This document shows, in pieces, positions 1 through 10,829 of a DNA stretch of 43,791 nt. The notes beneath the pieces are model-generated. The model saw only the letters and a list, made by a program, of their open reading frames with translations, was not told the origin of the DNA and did no database searches. Each line of letters begins with the position of its first letter. Within the stretch, counting starts at the first letter, position 1. Source of the DNA: an uncultured Gemmatimonadota bacterium (lineage in GTDB: Bacteria > Gemmatimonadota > Gemmatimonadetes > Palauibacterales > KS3-K002); contig CAYGAJ010000002.1 of assembly GCA_964347815.1 (NCBI GenBank), forward strand, positions 1 through 43,791, in the 5' to 3' direction. The position numbers were made by a program, and so were the translations under genes.

Positions 1-74
1 ATATAGGGGCAGGTTGAGAGCCGACCCGCTGGGGCCGGCCAGCTGCGGTAGATCTTCGCAGCCACAGGTGTATC

Positions 75-746
75 ATGGCCACTCACGCCACCGCCATCCT
101 GCTCGAGACTGCCAACGACCGGTTCAAGCGCCGCGGCCGTGCCTGGTTCTGGGGCGGCCTGATGTTCGCCACCGTGGCCCACTTCGGCCTGATCCGCTTC
201 TTTCCCGAACTCACCGCGGCCGACTTCAGCTTCTCGATCAACGAGTTCGAGGCGATCGAGCTGCCACCCGAGGTCGAGATTCCGCCACCCCCGGAGCTGA
301 TCCGGCGACCCGCGTTGCCCGTGGTGGCAACGGCCGATCTGGAAGAGGACATCACGATCGCGCCGACCACCTTCGAAGAGAACCCGGTGGAAACCCTTCC
401 GCCGCCTCCGAGCGACCCGGCGAGCCTCGCCGACCGGCCGACGATCACGCCGTATACCGTCGCTCCGGAATTGAAGGACCCGGCGAGGGCGGCGCGAATC
501 GTCGAGGGCAAGTACCCGAGGGTGTTTCAGGACGCCGGCATCGGCGGTAGCGTCGAAGTCTGGGCGTTCATCGACGCCGACGGCGTCGTCACGAAGGCCC
601 TGGTCAAGGGGTCGTCCGGCTACGAGAAGTTGGACGAAGCCGCCCTGGCCGCCGTGCGTGAATTCCAGTTCAGGCCGGCGATGCTGATGGACAGGCACGT
701 GCCCGTCTGGGTGGTGCTGCCGGTGACGTTCCGCGTGGACCGCTGA
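75..746 (+). CDS. tonB: TonB-family energy transducer (Pro-rich spacer + TonB C-terminal domain)
   Basis: ATG at 75. N-terminal hydrophobic anchor (WFWGGLMFATVAHFGLI). Pro-rich spacers (EIPPPPELIRRP, LPPPPSDP). C-terminal TonB-type domain (YPRVFQDAGIGGSVEVWAFIDADGVV...LDEAALAAVREFQFRPA...VPVWVVLPVTFRV). Confidence 0.8.
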   Translation: MATHATAILLETANDRFKRRGRAWFWGGLMFATVAHFGLIRFFPELTAADFSFSINEFEAIELPPEVEIPPPPELIRRPALPVVATADLEEDITIAPTTFEENPVETLPPPPSDPASLADRPTITPYTVAPELKDPARAARIVEGKYPRVFQDAGIGGSVEVWAFIDADGVVTKALVKGSSGYEKLDEAALAAVREFQFRPAMLMDRHVPVWVVLPVTFRVDR

Positions 747-893
747 CCTTTCGCGCCGAGGGCGTCGCTCCGCGGTCTGGCGCCCACGCTCGCTTCACGC
801 CAGCTTTTGAACCGAGGCCTGGCTTCGATCGCCGGCGCCTCGGTTTCTCCTCGTGCCCACCAGCGACGATCGAGACAGCCAAAGGAGGGAGCT

Positions 894-2888
894 GTGTCCA
901 AGGGTCGGCCGTTGACCGCACTCCTGCGAGCTTCGGCGCTCGCCGCGACCTTCATCGCCTTCGCCGCCCAAGCCGAATCCGCCCCTCAGCAGCCGGGCGA
1001 TCCCGTCCCGGGCTCCGGCACCGCCCAGCCGGGGGCGACGCCGGCGACGTGGAACGGGCCCTCGCCCTTTGCCCAGCTCGACCTGCCGGCCGCCAATAGC
1101 TTGCGGACCGGGGCCGGTCGGCCGGGCCCCGACTACTGGCAGCAGGAGGTCGATTACGTGATCCGCGCCTCTCTCGACGCCGCGACCCACAGGCTAGAGG
1201 GCAGCGAGCGGATCACCTACGCCAATCGCTCGCCGGACCAGCTCCGCTACTTGTGGATACAGCTCGACGGCAACCTCTGCGGATCCGAGAGCGTCTCGGC
1301 GGTGCTCGATCAGCCGCCACTCGTCTTTGGCGACGCGGTGTTCGACTTCTCCTGCAAGGGAGGCTCGGCCGTGACGCTGAGTCGGGTGCACAGCGGCGGT
1401 CGCCCCCTTGACTACTCGGTCTACGGGACGACGATGCGAGTGGAGCTGCCGGCGCCCCTGGTCTCGGGCGCCCGATTCGAGCTGGAGATCGATTGGACGT
1501 GGCGAATTCCGGAGTACGGATTCGGTCGGATGGGTCGCGACGGCACGCTCTACCAGGTGGCCAACTGGTATCCCCGCCTGGCTGTCTACGATGACCTGGA
1601 CGGCTGGAACACCGAGCCGTTCATCGGCCCGGGAGAGTATTACCTGGAGTATGGCGACTTCGAAGTGGAGTTGACGCTACCGAGCGGTTATCTCGTAGCA
1701 GCCACAGGGGTTCTGCAAAACCCAGAGTCGGTGCTCAGCGCCGAGCAGCGGCAGCGCTTGGCGCGTGCCCGGATGTCCCAGACACCTGTTGCCATCGTCA
1801 ACGCGGAGGAGGCGCGAGTCAACGGGACGCGGCGCGCTGCGGGAACCCGAACCTGGCGATTCCGGGCCGACGACGTTCGCGATTTCGCCTTCGCCGCCGC
1901 ACCCAACTTCCGTTGGGACGCCAGCAGCTGGGACGGGATCCTGATCCAGACGCTGTACCGGCCGGAAGCACTCCCCTGGGAGGAAGCGAACCGAATGTCG
2001 CGGGCGTCGATCCGTCACTTCTCGCAGCAGCTCGGTCGTTATCCGTACCCGCACGCCACGACCGTCGAGGGCCCGATCGAGGGGATGGAGTATCCGATGC
2101 TGACCTTTGTCCCCTCCTACGACCAGCGCGAAAATCTGTTCTTCGTGCTCACGCATGAGTTCGGGCACGAGTGGTTCCCGATGATGGTCGGCTCGAACGA
2201 ACGGATTCACGTCTGGATGGACGAAGGCTTCAACACCTTCGCCGACATCGAATCGATCAAGGACTACTTCCGCGGCGAAGCGTACGCGGATACCGTCGTC
2301 ACCCACTTGCTGAACCTCTACCCCGAGCACGCCGTCCCCGGGGAAGAGCAGGCGATGAGCCTGCCGCCGGCCGAGCAGCGTGATCTGTTCTGGACCGCGT
2401 ACCAGAAGCCGGCGCTGATGCTCCATCTGCTGCGTACGGAGGTCATCGGGGCCGAGCGGTTCGATCGCGCCTTCCGGGAGTACGTCGCGGCCTGGACGAA
2501 CAAGCACCCGGCACCCGCCGATTTCTTCCGAATGATGGAAGACGGGACGGGGATGGATCTGGACTGGTTCTGGCGCGGGTGGCTCTACAGCACTTCGCGC
2601 CTGGATCAGGCGATCGAGTCGGTGACAGCGAGCGGCGACGGGTCCGAAGTGCTGATCCGGAACCGCGGCGGAATGATCATGCCTGCCGAGCTTCGCCTCG
2701 AATTCGCCGACGGGGCCAGTCAGACGGTTCGCCTGCCGGTCGAGATGTGGAATCAGGGACCCGACTTCGTATACCGGACCCGGGGCCGGCGCGTGCAGAG
2801 GGCGGCGCTCGATCCGCGCGCGGTCTATCCCGACGTCGATCGGCAGAACAACCGCTGGCCCCGGGGCGGCGGAACCGGACGACCGTAG
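894..2888 (+). CDS. M1-family zinc metallopeptidase (aminopeptidase N-like), secreted
   Basis: HEFGHEW...WMDEGF gives the HExxH-X18-E gluzincin signature of family M1. The longest ORF opens at 807. The in-frame GTG at 894 follows the SD AAAGGAGGGA and yields a signal peptide ending AFAAQA/ES. Confidence 0.85.
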   Translation: MSKGRPLTALLRASALAATFIAFAAQAESAPQQPGDPVPGSGTAQPGATPATWNGPSPFAQLDLPAANSLRTGAGRPGPDYWQQEVDYVIRASLDAATHRLEGSERITYANRSPDQLRYLWIQLDGNLCGSESVSAVLDQPPLVFGDAVFDFSCKGGSAVTLSRVHSGGRPLDYSVYGTTMRVELPAPLVSGARFELEIDWTWRIPEYGFGRMGRDGTLYQVANWYPRLAVYDDLDGWNTEPFIGPGEYYLEYGDFEVELTLPSGYLVAATGVLQNPESVLSAEQRQRLARARMSQTPVAIVNAEEARVNGTRRAAGTRTWRFRADDVRDFAFAAAPNFRWDASSWDGILIQTLYRPEALPWEEANRMSRASIRHFSQQLGRYPYPHATTVEGPIEGMEYPMLTFVPSYDQRENLFFVLTHEFGHEWFPMMVGSNERIHVWMDEGFNTFADIESIKDYFRGEAYADTVVTHLLNLYPEHAVPGEEQAMSLPPAEQRDLFWTAYQKPALMLHLLRTEVIGAERFDRAFREYVAAWTNKHPAPADFFRMMEDGTGMDLDWFWRGWLYSTSRLDQAIESVTASGDGSEVLIRNRGGMIMPAELRLEFADGASQTVRLPVEMWNQGPDFVYRTRGRRVQRAALDPRAVYPDVDRQNNRWPRGGGTGRP

Positions 2889-2965
2889 GCATCCGGCGGT
2901 CCGGCGGGCGAGATCTTTGGACGATACGGCGGCCCGGCCTCCGGGTCGCCGCCTCTGCCGTCGCG

Positions 2966-3619
2966 CTACGGCGAAAGCCGGACGCGTTCCCAGCCCTCGC
3001 TCTTCCGAGTGTAAGCGAGACGGTCGTGCAGACGGTTGGCGCGGCCCTGCCAGAACTCGATGCGATCAGGGACCAGGCGAAACCCGCCCCAAAACGGCGG
3101 CAGCGGAACCTTCTGTCCCTCGAAGCGTTCGGAATACTCCTTGTATCGCTGCTCGAGCTCGTCCCGGGACGCGAGCACGGCGCTCTGCTCCGATGCCCAC
3201 GCGCCCAGTTGGCTGCCACGGGGACGTGTTCCGAAGTAGGCGCGCGACTCCTCCTCCGTGAGCTTCTCTACCTGTCCTTGAACACGGACCTGACGTTGCA
3301 GGCGTCCCCAATAGAAGACCAGAGCGGCTTTGGAGTTGTCACGGAGCTCCAAGCCCTTCCGGCTTCCGTAGTTCGTAAAAAAGCGGAAACCGCGCTCGTC
3401 AAACCCCTTGAGCAGCATCATCCGGGCTGAAGGCGCGCCGTCCCTGTCCGCCGTGGCCAGCATCATCGCTTCGGGCAGATAGAGCCCCGTCCGCTTGGCG
3501 TCCTCGAACCACCGACCGAAGAGGGCGATCGGGTCGGAGCCCGCCGTCTCTTCGGACAGGCCCTTGAGCACACCTCGACCAAGGGTGAGGAGAGATCTCA
3601 GCGTCTCGATCAATGACAT
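2966..3619 (-). CDS. pdxH: Pyridoxamine 5'-phosphate oxidase
   Basis: Full-length PNPOx-like sequence ([36 protein letters not shown]...[14 protein letters not shown]...[14 protein letters not shown]...[26 protein letters not shown]). ATG at 3619 is the first plausible start; the ORF track's upstream extension is Arg-rich junk. Confidence 0.9.
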   Translation of the reverse strand: MSLIETLRSLLTLGRGVLKGLSEETAGSDPIALFGRWFEDAKRTGLYLPEAMMLATADRDGAPSARMMLLKGFDERGFRFFTNYGSRKGLELRDNSKAALVFYWGRLQRQVRVQGQVEKLTEEESRAYFGTRPRGSQLGAWASEQSAVLASRDELEQRYKEYSERFEGQKVPLPPFWGGFRLVPDRIEFWQGRANRLHDRLAYTRKSEGWERVRLSP

Positions 3620-3674
3620 GTTCTCGCGTCGACGAAGATAGTCGTTAGAGTCTGCGGCCTCTGACGAAGGCGTA

Positions 3675-5840
3675 TTACCGCCGCGCTTCCTCCCCCGGAT
3701 GGTAGCGCCGAACCAGCTGGGCCGCGATCTCGTCCTCGGTGAACGCCACACGCTTCAGTTCGCCACGCGCGAACATTGCGGCCTGATCATCGAAGTGTGG
3801 CGAGTCTTCGCGAGAGCTCTGTCCGTAGGCTAGCACCGAGTAAGCCCGCGGAGGGTCAGCAAACTCCACGGCAAGCACCCACCCGTCGCCGCCGCTGGCG
3901 ATGCGGATCCCGTCCTCTTCCTCTTCGAACTGGAGCACGCGGAAGCAACCAAGTGTGCCGCTGCATCCTCCTATGGGAACGTCCACATCCCCGCGCCTCA
4001 GACGATGCACCTCGCCCCAGGCGACGTCCCAGCTGCCGAAACGCCGCTGCGTCTCACCTACGGCCCAGACGAACGCGTCCGCGGCGCGCTGGGGGTCGCT
4101 CAGTCCCCGCGGCGTCTCCGTCGGTTGCTTGGGGTTCCACGGCTCGCGGAAGGCCGCATCCCAAATCTCGCCTGTCACGCGTGCCCCGGTCGAGTCACCC
4201 ACCAGATAACGTCTGAACCAGGTTTCCAACAGCACCCCACCCCGGCTCTCCGGGGCCACGCTGTTGTCCCAACTGGCGAGCCCCTCGATCGCGGCCGCGA
4301 CCACTGAATCCGGGGCTGAGGCCCGCACCGCGGCGACCAGCTCATCTTTGAGGCGATCCGCGAGCAGCATGCGTGGGCTGTGCTTGAGCCGGATGACGTC
4401 ATCGAGCGTAAGCCGGCGCCGGTTGTGAACCAACTGGAGGCTATGTTGGCTCCGCAGGCGCAGGTCGGGCGCGGGGTAGTAAGCCGGGAATGACGCCGAG
4501 TCCATCACCGCGTTCAGGTTGGTGAAATGAAACGGATCGTTGGCGTTTTGCAGGTAGCCGCCCCGCGGGTTTTGAAGATGTGGCAACGAGTCGAAGTGCA
4601 CGATGCGCGTCCAAACGTCATCGCTACGGGCGGCCAGCACGGCCAACGTGTCGCCGCCCGATGCAACGGGGAGCGCCGGAAGGGTGGCGTTCCACAAGTA
4701 GAATATGTTGCCGTCACGGTCGGCGTAGGTGAAGTTGGAACTGAGCTGAGCCCGCATCCGCATCGCGGCCTTCCACTGATCCAGATTGCGCGCCTGCATC
4801 ATCTGCAGAAACTGCTGGGCCGCCCGATACTCGCCGTCCCCAGCGGCGCGGACCACATAGATCTTCCCGCCGCCCCTATGGATGACCGGCCCCAGCGGCG
4901 TCCGCCAGAACTCGCGGGTCTCGCGCCCCAGCCCGTCTCCGTTCTTGAACTCGACCGTGATCGTCTCCCGACGCAGCGGCACCGACGCTCCATCGAACAG
5001 GTAATGGTCGGGCCGTTCGGGATCGACCGCTAGCGCGTAGATCTCCTCGAGGTCGGGGCCGTTGTTGGTCGTGGCCCAGCCGAGACGATCGTTGAAGCCG
5101 CCGTTGTAGAAGAGCGGGTGACCGACGCGAAAATCGCCGTAAAAGTTGATCACGCCCGGAACCGTCAGCTGAGCCTCGTAGTAGCCCGCGTTCCAGTTCA
5201 GGTGCGGGTTGCGAAGCAGAATGGCGCGGCGCGAGCGAGTGCGACTGGGCGCGAACGCCCAGGCGTTTGAGCCCTCTTCCGTCTCGGCCCGCGCGGTGTC
5301 CGCGGCCGCCGCGGCGAGCCGGGCCAGAAACCTTCGGACCTTGCCCTGGTTCGCCGTCGTTATCCAGCGTGCAGCGACGTCATGCCCGGTGAAATGCGGC
5401 TCGATCCAATCCGGGAACTCCTCGGGGTGAGTTGCGATGTAGTGATTGACGCCAGCGGCGTAGCCGGCGAAGACGTCTCGCGTGTCAGAATCGAGAAGGT
5501 GGTAGGTCTCGACAGCACGAGCGAAGGTGCGCCGATTTCGAAAGTCGTTCTCGAGTGAGTCCGGACCCAGATAACGGGCCTGCTCTCCGCGCGCTTCCAC
5601 GAGCCCCATCACCACGCGTTCGCCGTAGTCCTCGACATGACAATAGGCGAGGCCGAAAAAAGCGGCGGAGAGGTCTTCGGCGAGGATGTGAGGGACGCCG
5701 TAGGCGGTACGGCGGATCTCGACCCGCTCGGCAAGCTCGGGCGTTTGCGCCGTCATCTCTCCCGGTGCTGCCGCGAACAGCGCGAGGACCGGCACCAGCA
5801 AGCCGAATGTACGAAGACGAGCGAGATGATCCCGGTACAT
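3675..5840 (-). CDS. Penicillin-acylase family (S45) Ntn hydrolase, secreted; candidate acyl-homoserine-lactone or beta-lactam acylase
   Basis: The [12 protein letters not shown] motif matches the Ser-Asn nucleophile that starts the beta subunit in penicillin/cephalosporin/AHL acylases. Size is ~720 aa. ATG at 5840 is preceded by GGGAGG, and the signal peptide ends TAQ. Confidence 0.85.
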   Translation of the reverse strand: MYRDHLARLRTFGLLVPVLALFAAAPGEMTAQTPELAERVEIRRTAYGVPHILAEDLSAAFFGLAYCHVEDYGERVVMGLVEARGEQARYLGPDSLENDFRNRRTFARAVETYHLLDSDTRDVFAGYAAGVNHYIATHPEEFPDWIEPHFTGHDVAARWITTANQGKVRRFLARLAAAAADTARAETEEGSNAWAFAPSRTRSRRAILLRNPHLNWNAGYYEAQLTVPGVINFYGDFRVGHPLFYNGGFNDRLGWATTNNGPDLEEIYALAVDPERPDHYLFDGASVPLRRETITVEFKNGDGLGRETREFWRTPLGPVIHRGGGKIYVVRAAGDGEYRAAQQFLQMMQARNLDQWKAAMRMRAQLSSNFTYADRDGNIFYLWNATLPALPVASGGDTLAVLAARSDDVWTRIVHFDSLPHLQNPRGGYLQNANDPFHFTNLNAVMDSASFPAYYPAPDLRLRSQHSLQLVHNRRRLTLDDVIRLKHSPRMLLADRLKDELVAAVRASAPDSVVAAAIEGLASWDNSVAPESRGGVLLETWFRRYLVGDSTGARVTGEIWDAAFREPWNPKQPTETPRGLSDPQRAADAFVWAVGETQRRFGSWDVAWGEVHRLRRGDVDVPIGGCSGTLGCFRVLQFEEEEDGIRIASGGDGWVLAVEFADPPRAYSVLAYGQSSREDSPHFDDQAAMFARGELKRVAFTEDEIAAQLVRRYHPGEEARR

Positions 5841-6136
5841 GGTGGGTGGCCTCCCTTGTTTGTAATCGGGCTCTGGGTGGGGCAAATCGAACGGGCGATC
5901 GCTGCCAATCTACCGCGTCGGTTCCTCTTGCCAAGTCGAAGCCGTTGAAGCTTGCCGTACTCTAGCTGAAGCTCGATATTGGGAACCGTCACCCAAGAAG
6001 CTGAGGGCGCGAATCGGAATCGCTTCTCGAGGTGACCGCTTTGATGCCAGCGAGCGGTCGCCGCGTTTTCTGTCAGGTCTGCAACACAGCTAAGCGGGTA
6101 GGGGCCAGTGTGCCATTCCACCGCAGGAGGTGTCTC

Positions 6137-7642
6137 ATGACCACGCTCAATCGATCGGCAATCTGTCTGGCGGCCTTCGCCCTTCTGGTGGGCTGCCAGC
6201 GTGAGGAAGCCGCGGAGATGGAGATGGCGCGAGGGCGCGCCGAGGCGATGATGATGCTCCCCGTGACCACCAGCTCGGAGTCGGCGAGACAGCAATTCAT
6301 GCTGGGCCAGCGAGCCATGGACATGGGTGAATTTGTCGAAGCCAACGAGTACTTCAAGCAGGCCGTGGCGGCCGACCCCAGCTTCGCGTTCGGGTACCTC
6401 CAGGTTGCGAACACCGCGACTTCGCTCGACGAGTTCCGCACCAACCTCAAGAACGCGGCGGATCACGTTGAAAGCGCGAGCGAGGCCGAACAGATCCTGA
6501 TTCAAATCGCTCAACGCGGATTCGACAACGACGTGGAGGGCCAGCTGACGCTGGCGCGGCGTTTGGTCGAGATCCAGCCTTCGAGCCCGCGCGCCTGGCT
6601 CGAGCTGGCGAACGTCCAGGCGAGCTTGGGGCAGAACGTAGAGGCCCGGACGTCGATGACGCGGGCGACCGAGTTGGCGCCCCAATTCGCTCCGGCCTAC
6701 ATAAACCTGATCAACTCCTACCTGTTCGCAGAGCCGCGTGACTTTGCCAAGGCTGGCGAGTACGCGCAAAAGCTGGGCGAGCTGGAGCCCCAGGAGCCCA
6801 TCGCTCACGATCTCCAGGGTGATGTCTACCGGGCGCAGGGTGACCTGGAAGCGGCGCGCGAGGCTTACACACGGGCCGCGGGGCTAGACCCGACCGATGG
6901 CTTGCCGCTGCAGCAGCGTGGTCACGTCAACTCGTTCTTGGGCAACTACGATCAGGCGCGGGCCGACTACGACGCGGCGATGGCGCTGGGTAAGGCAAAT
7001 GACCGGCCGTCGTATGCGGTTTGGAGGGCCCTGGTCAGCGTGCACGCGGGTAACGCCCAGGCGGCGATCGATGAGCTCAACACGCTAGTGGCTCAGATCG
7101 ATGGGATGGGCGTGCCCGAGCCCACGGGCTTGAAGATCAATGCGCTCTCGAACGCGGCGGTCATCGCACTGCACACCGGCAACTACAAGTCGGCGGAAGA
7201 AGCACTCAAGCGGCGCACCGTCTTGATGATGGAGGAGGCCGACCGCGTGGCGACGGATGCGTTCCGCCGCGGTCAACTGTCGAATATCGCTCTGTTCGAC
7301 GGCTGGTTGGCCGCGCGAAAGGGCGACTTCAAGGCGGCAACCGCCAAAGCCCAGGAGGCGATGAAGCACTTAGAACCGGACCCGAACCCCCGGAAGAACG
7401 AGCCGGCCCACGAGCTCCTGGGTTTCATCAGCCTGCAGCAGGGAAAAGCGCAGGAGGCCATCGCGCACTTCGAGCAGGGGACGCCCACGAATATCTACAC
7501 GACGTACCACCTGGCGCTGGCTCACAAGGCTGCCGGTAACGATGATAAGGCTCGCGAGCTGTTCACCCAGGTCGCCAACTACAACTTCAACAACGTTTTC
7601 TTCGCCCTGGTGAGAGCAGATGCGAAGAAGAGGATCGCCTAG
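6137..7642 (+). CDS. TPR-repeat lipoprotein
   Basis: ATG at 6137 is preceded by AGGAGG. Signal peptide with lipobox LLVGC. Repeated TPR-like A/Y/L-rich 34-residue units run throughout (e.g. AxxxYxxAxxLDP patterns). Confidence 0.75.
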   Translation: MTTLNRSAICLAAFALLVGCQREEAAEMEMARGRAEAMMMLPVTTSSESARQQFMLGQRAMDMGEFVEANEYFKQAVAADPSFAFGYLQVANTATSLDEFRTNLKNAADHVESASEAEQILIQIAQRGFDNDVEGQLTLARRLVEIQPSSPRAWLELANVQASLGQNVEARTSMTRATELAPQFAPAYINLINSYLFAEPRDFAKAGEYAQKLGELEPQEPIAHDLQGDVYRAQGDLEAAREAYTRAAGLDPTDGLPLQQRGHVNSFLGNYDQARADYDAAMALGKANDRPSYAVWRALVSVHAGNAQAAIDELNTLVAQIDGMGVPEPTGLKINALSNAAVIALHTGNYKSAEEALKRRTVLMMEEADRVATDAFRRGQLSNIALFDGWLAARKGDFKAATAKAQEAMKHLEPDPNPRKNEPAHELLGFISLQQGKAQEAIAHFEQGTPTNIYTTYHLALAHKAAGNDDKARELFTQVANYNFNNVFFALVRADAKKRIA

Positions 7643-7670
7643 CGTTTCAGGCAGACCCGTGGAACCGGGA

Positions 7671-7710
7671 CAGGAGAGCCCCGCGGTGAACCTGCCGCGG
7701 GGCTCTCCTG
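7671..7710. terminator. Bidirectional intrinsic-terminator-like hairpin between convergent genes
   Basis: Perfect 16-bp inverted repeat CAGGAGAGCCCCGCGG / CCGCGGGGCTCTCCTG with an 8-nt loop. It lies between the TPR gene stop (7642) and the PhoU-like gene stop (7748). Confidence 0.6.
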
Positions 7711-7747
7711 GCGTTTGGGAGGATGTTCGGCGGCTTGGCAGGGCGGG

Positions 7748-8431
7748 TCAGTCGCTTCGCGCCAGCTCTTTCTCGTCGTAATAGTCGAGCTTGTGCAGTG
7801 GCATGACGACGCTGGAGAGCACATTGAGCACGTGGGCGCCGATCCGCTTGTAGAATCGCGTTCCCATGACCACGGCCACGGCGTTACGCGCGGTGTAGTC
7901 GCTGCGCGCCACCCGTTCGATCAGGGCGTCACAGCGGTGCGCGAGGTCGCGCCCCTGGCGCGTGAGTGTAATCGCGCGTTCGCGATCGGAGGTGGCGAAG
8001 ACATCCGAGGTGACGGCGAACGCAGCCTCGACGCCGGCGCGGATCTCCCTCAGCTCGCCGACGATTTCGTCATCGGGCAAAGGGTCGGGGTGATATTCCC
8101 GGACCTCGGACAGGTTCTTCGCATAGTCGCCCAGGCGCTCCACGTCTTTCACCGTGCTCATCAGGAGCAGGCAATAGGGTAGGGAGGGCGAGCTGCCCTG
8201 GAGCGATAGGTGGGCGATCACCTGTCGGCGGATCGCGCGCTCGAGCTGGTTGACCTCGACATCGCGCTTGTAGATGCCGGTACGTTCGTCGGGCGCCGAT
8301 GTCTCTCCGAAGTAGATCTCTCCGGCCTGCAGAGTCATCTGGTAGGTGATCTGCAGCATTCTCGCGAAGTTTTGGCCCATTGCGGCCAGAGGTCTTTCAG
8401 AGCGAAAGATGCTGAGCAGTTCCCGAAGCAT
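7748..8431 (-). CDS. PhoU-domain protein (two PhoU repeats), partner of the upstream Na/Pi cotransporter
   Basis: Two PhoU-type helices with the E/D-R-[IL]-G-D/A signature (VKDVERLGDYAKNLSE and FYKRIGAHVLNVLSSV). ATG at 8431 is preceded by GGAGG, 12 nt after the cotransporter stop. Confidence 0.7.
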   Translation of the reverse strand: MLRELLSIFRSERPLAAMGQNFARMLQITYQMTLQAGEIYFGETSAPDERTGIYKRDVEVNQLERAIRRQVIAHLSLQGSSPSLPYCLLLMSTVKDVERLGDYAKNLSEVREYHPDPLPDDEIVGELREIRAGVEAAFAVTSDVFATSDRERAITLTRQGRDLAHRCDALIERVARSDYTARNAVAVVMGTRFYKRIGAHVLNVLSSVVMPLHKLDYYDEKELARSD

Positions 8432-8443
8432 ATCGGCCTCCAG

Positions 8444-9592
8444 CTACCCGAGTAGCCGGTTGAGCACCGCGAAAATCGCGGGAAGTCCATAGAAGAGAAC
8501 GATCACGTAAAAGATAGCCCACCCCTTGGAGTGGACCGCAAGAGCGGCCAGGCGACGGGCGGCGGTCAGAGGAATATTGCGGACCCTGACGGACGGATAG
8601 ATCAACAGGGTGGCGCTGATGTTGAACGCCAGGTGCACCAGCGCGATCATTATGCCCCAGCGAGCGTTGGGGCCCGTCACCGCCAGCGCCGCCATTAGCG
8701 CGGTTATCGTCGTCCCGATGTTCGCACCGATCGTGATGGGGAAAGCTTGCTGCAGCGTGATGATACCGGCACCCGCGAGGGGGACGAGCAACGAGGTCGT
8801 GATCGAGCTCGACTGGACCATGACGGTTGCGAGGATTCCGACGATGATGGCGAAAACGGGGGCCTGGTGAAGTCCGCGGGAAACGATCGCTTCCACGCGC
8901 GAGTGCATGGCCCGGCGCATGACACGCACCAGGAACATCAAGGCTACGTAGATCAGCAACCCGCAGAGCACGATGAGGATGATCGCCTGGGTCCGCGGAG
9001 AATCGAACAGCGCCGCGATCGCAGCTTTGATGGGAGCGAGCACGGCCTTGAGCGCCCCGCGGATCGGGCTGTCGTACTGCACGCCACCGAGACCCGTGAG
9101 GGACGCCGCGAGCCAGATGGCCGTCTTGCGCAGATAGCCCGTAGCCATCTCGAGCGGGAGCAGCATGGCGACGGCCATGAAGTTGAAGAAGTCGTGGCAG
9201 GTGGCGACGGAAAAGGCGCGGTAGAACTCCTGTCTGCGGCCCATGTGAGCCAACGAGACGATCGTGTTGGTCACGGTCGTCCCGATGTTCGCGCCCATAA
9301 CCATCGGCACCGCGTTGGCCACCGGGAGGGGGTTTTCTGGAGCGGCAACCAGAGCCACGATCAGAGAGGTGGTGACCGACGAGCTCTGGACCATCGTCGT
9401 CGCCAGGATCCCGACCATCAAAGCCATGAATGGGTTCGCCGTCGCGGCGAAGAACGTGTCGATGAAGCGCTGCCCCAGCGACTTGAACCCGTCGCCGAGG
9501 CCGTTCACCCCCAGCATGAAGACGAAGAGCAGCGCGAGCACAGTGAGCACACGCACCGCGGGATGGGCAGCGACGCCGGAGGCGATCTTCAT
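8444..9592 (-). CDS. Na+/phosphate cotransporter family protein (NptA-like)
   Basis: Polytopic membrane protein with the duplicated Na/Pi-cotransporter signature (MVQSSSVTTSLIVALV ... GANIGTTVTN, then MVQSSSITTSLLVPL ... GANIGTTITA). Confidence 0.85.
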   Translation of the reverse strand: MKIASGVAAHPAVRVLTVLALLFVFMLGVNGLGDGFKSLGQRFIDTFFAATANPFMALMVGILATTMVQSSSVTTSLIVALVAAPENPLPVANAVPMVMGANIGTTVTNTIVSLAHMGRRQEFYRAFSVATCHDFFNFMAVAMLLPLEMATGYLRKTAIWLAASLTGLGGVQYDSPIRGALKAVLAPIKAAIAALFDSPRTQAIILIVLCGLLIYVALMFLVRVMRRAMHSRVEAIVSRGLHQAPVFAIIVGILATVMVQSSSITTSLLVPLAGAGIITLQQAFPITIGANIGTTITALMAALAVTGPNARWGIMIALVHLAFNISATLLIYPSVRVRNIPLTAARRLAALAVHSKGWAIFYVIVLFYGLPAIFAVLNRLLG

Positions 9593-9800
9593 GATTGAGG
9601 CAAGTGTTGGCCTCAGTGGATCGGCAGATTGACGTATTTCGGCTGAGGCCGCGGAGCGACCCGGGGCTACAATCTCGTTACACGGCGGAGGTTGATCAAG
9701 AGGCGGACGTTGTGTCGTGCCACGGGGGTCGGCGTCGCGAGGAGCCCTTGCCCGACGCGGCTTCCGAGGGCGGTGGCGCGCCTCGGGCCGCGCCGAACGC

Positions 9801-10829
9801 CTACCGCGTCACCAGGACCTTGGCCCCGCGGATGGTCCCGGTTTTCAGCTCGAGCAGGGCTCGATTGGCATCCTCCAACGCGTATTCCTCGACTTCAGGC
9901 TCGATTCCGATCTCCGCCGCCAACGCCAAGAACTCGCGAACGTCGCGGCGCGCCACGTTCGCCACGCTCTTGATCTCCTTCTCGAGCCACAGATGCTCGG
10001 GGTAGCTGAGTCGAAGCAGCTGCTCTTTGTCGACGTCTTCCTTTCGGATCGCGTTGATCACCAGCCTCCCGCCCGGTGCCAGCTTGTCGAGGGCCTCCAC
10101 GACCGGCCTCCAGACCGGGGTGGTGTCAATGATCGCGTCGAGCGGCTCGGGCGGGTGCGCCGGCGTATCACCGGCCCAGACGGCCCCGAGCTCGAGCGCG
10201 AACGCCCTCTCCCTCTCGCTACGGGCGAACACGTAGATCCGCGATCGGGGAAACCGTCGCCGCGCCATCTTCAGGACCAGGTGGCCGGAAGCGCCGAACC
10301 CCGTGAGCCCTAGGAGTTGGCCGTCAACCAGCCCCGTCAGTCGAAGCGAACGGTAGCCGATCGCTCCGGCGCAGAGGAGGGGAGCCGCCTGGGTGTCGGT
10401 CAGGGTATCGGGGATGGGGTAGGCGAAGTCCTGGGGCACGACCATGTAGCCGGCATAGCCACCGTTCACGTCTCTACCCGTGGCCCGGAAATCAGTGCAA
10501 AGGTTCTCGTCGCCCCGGCGGCAGGCCGCGCAGTCACCGCAGGCCGAGTGGATCCAGGCCACCCCGACCCGCTCACCCTCCCGGAACGCGTCGGCTTCGG
10601 CGCCGCGATCCGCCACCGTGCCGACGACCTGGTGTCCGGGAACGACGGGCAATTGCGGTGGCGGTGTGCGGCCCTCGATCTCGTCGAGCTCGGTGTGGCA
10701 CACGCCACAGGCACGAACGCGCACCAGGATCTCTCCCGAGGCGGGCTTGGGGATCGGAAGCTCGCAGGGCTCGAGCGGCGCCGATTCGCGGCCCAGGTCG
10801 ACCAGCCTCCTCAGAACCATCGCCTTCAT
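9801..10829 (-). CDS. Zinc-dependent alcohol dehydrogenase (MDR superfamily)
   Basis: Catalytic and structural Zn motifs (CGVCHTELDEIEG; GHQVVGTV; CGDCAACRRGDENLC) and a Rossmann GxGxxG (GLTGFGASGH). Start chosen at MKAMVL (ATG 10829); the upstream part of the ORF lacks homology-like sequence. Confidence 0.85.
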   Translation of the reverse strand: MKAMVLRRLVDLGRESAPLEPCELPIPKPASGEILVRVRACGVCHTELDEIEGRTPPPQLPVVPGHQVVGTVADRGAEADAFREGERVGVAWIHSACGDCAACRRGDENLCTDFRATGRDVNGGYAGYMVVPQDFAYPIPDTLTDTQAAPLLCAGAIGYRSLRLTGLVDGQLLGLTGFGASGHLVLKMARRRFPRSRIYVFARSERERAFALELGAVWAGDTPAHPPEPLDAIIDTTPVWRPVVEALDKLAPGGRLVINAIRKEDVDKEQLLRLSYPEHLWLEKEIKSVANVARRDVREFLALAAEIGIEPEVEEYALEDANRALLELKTGTIRGAKVLVTR

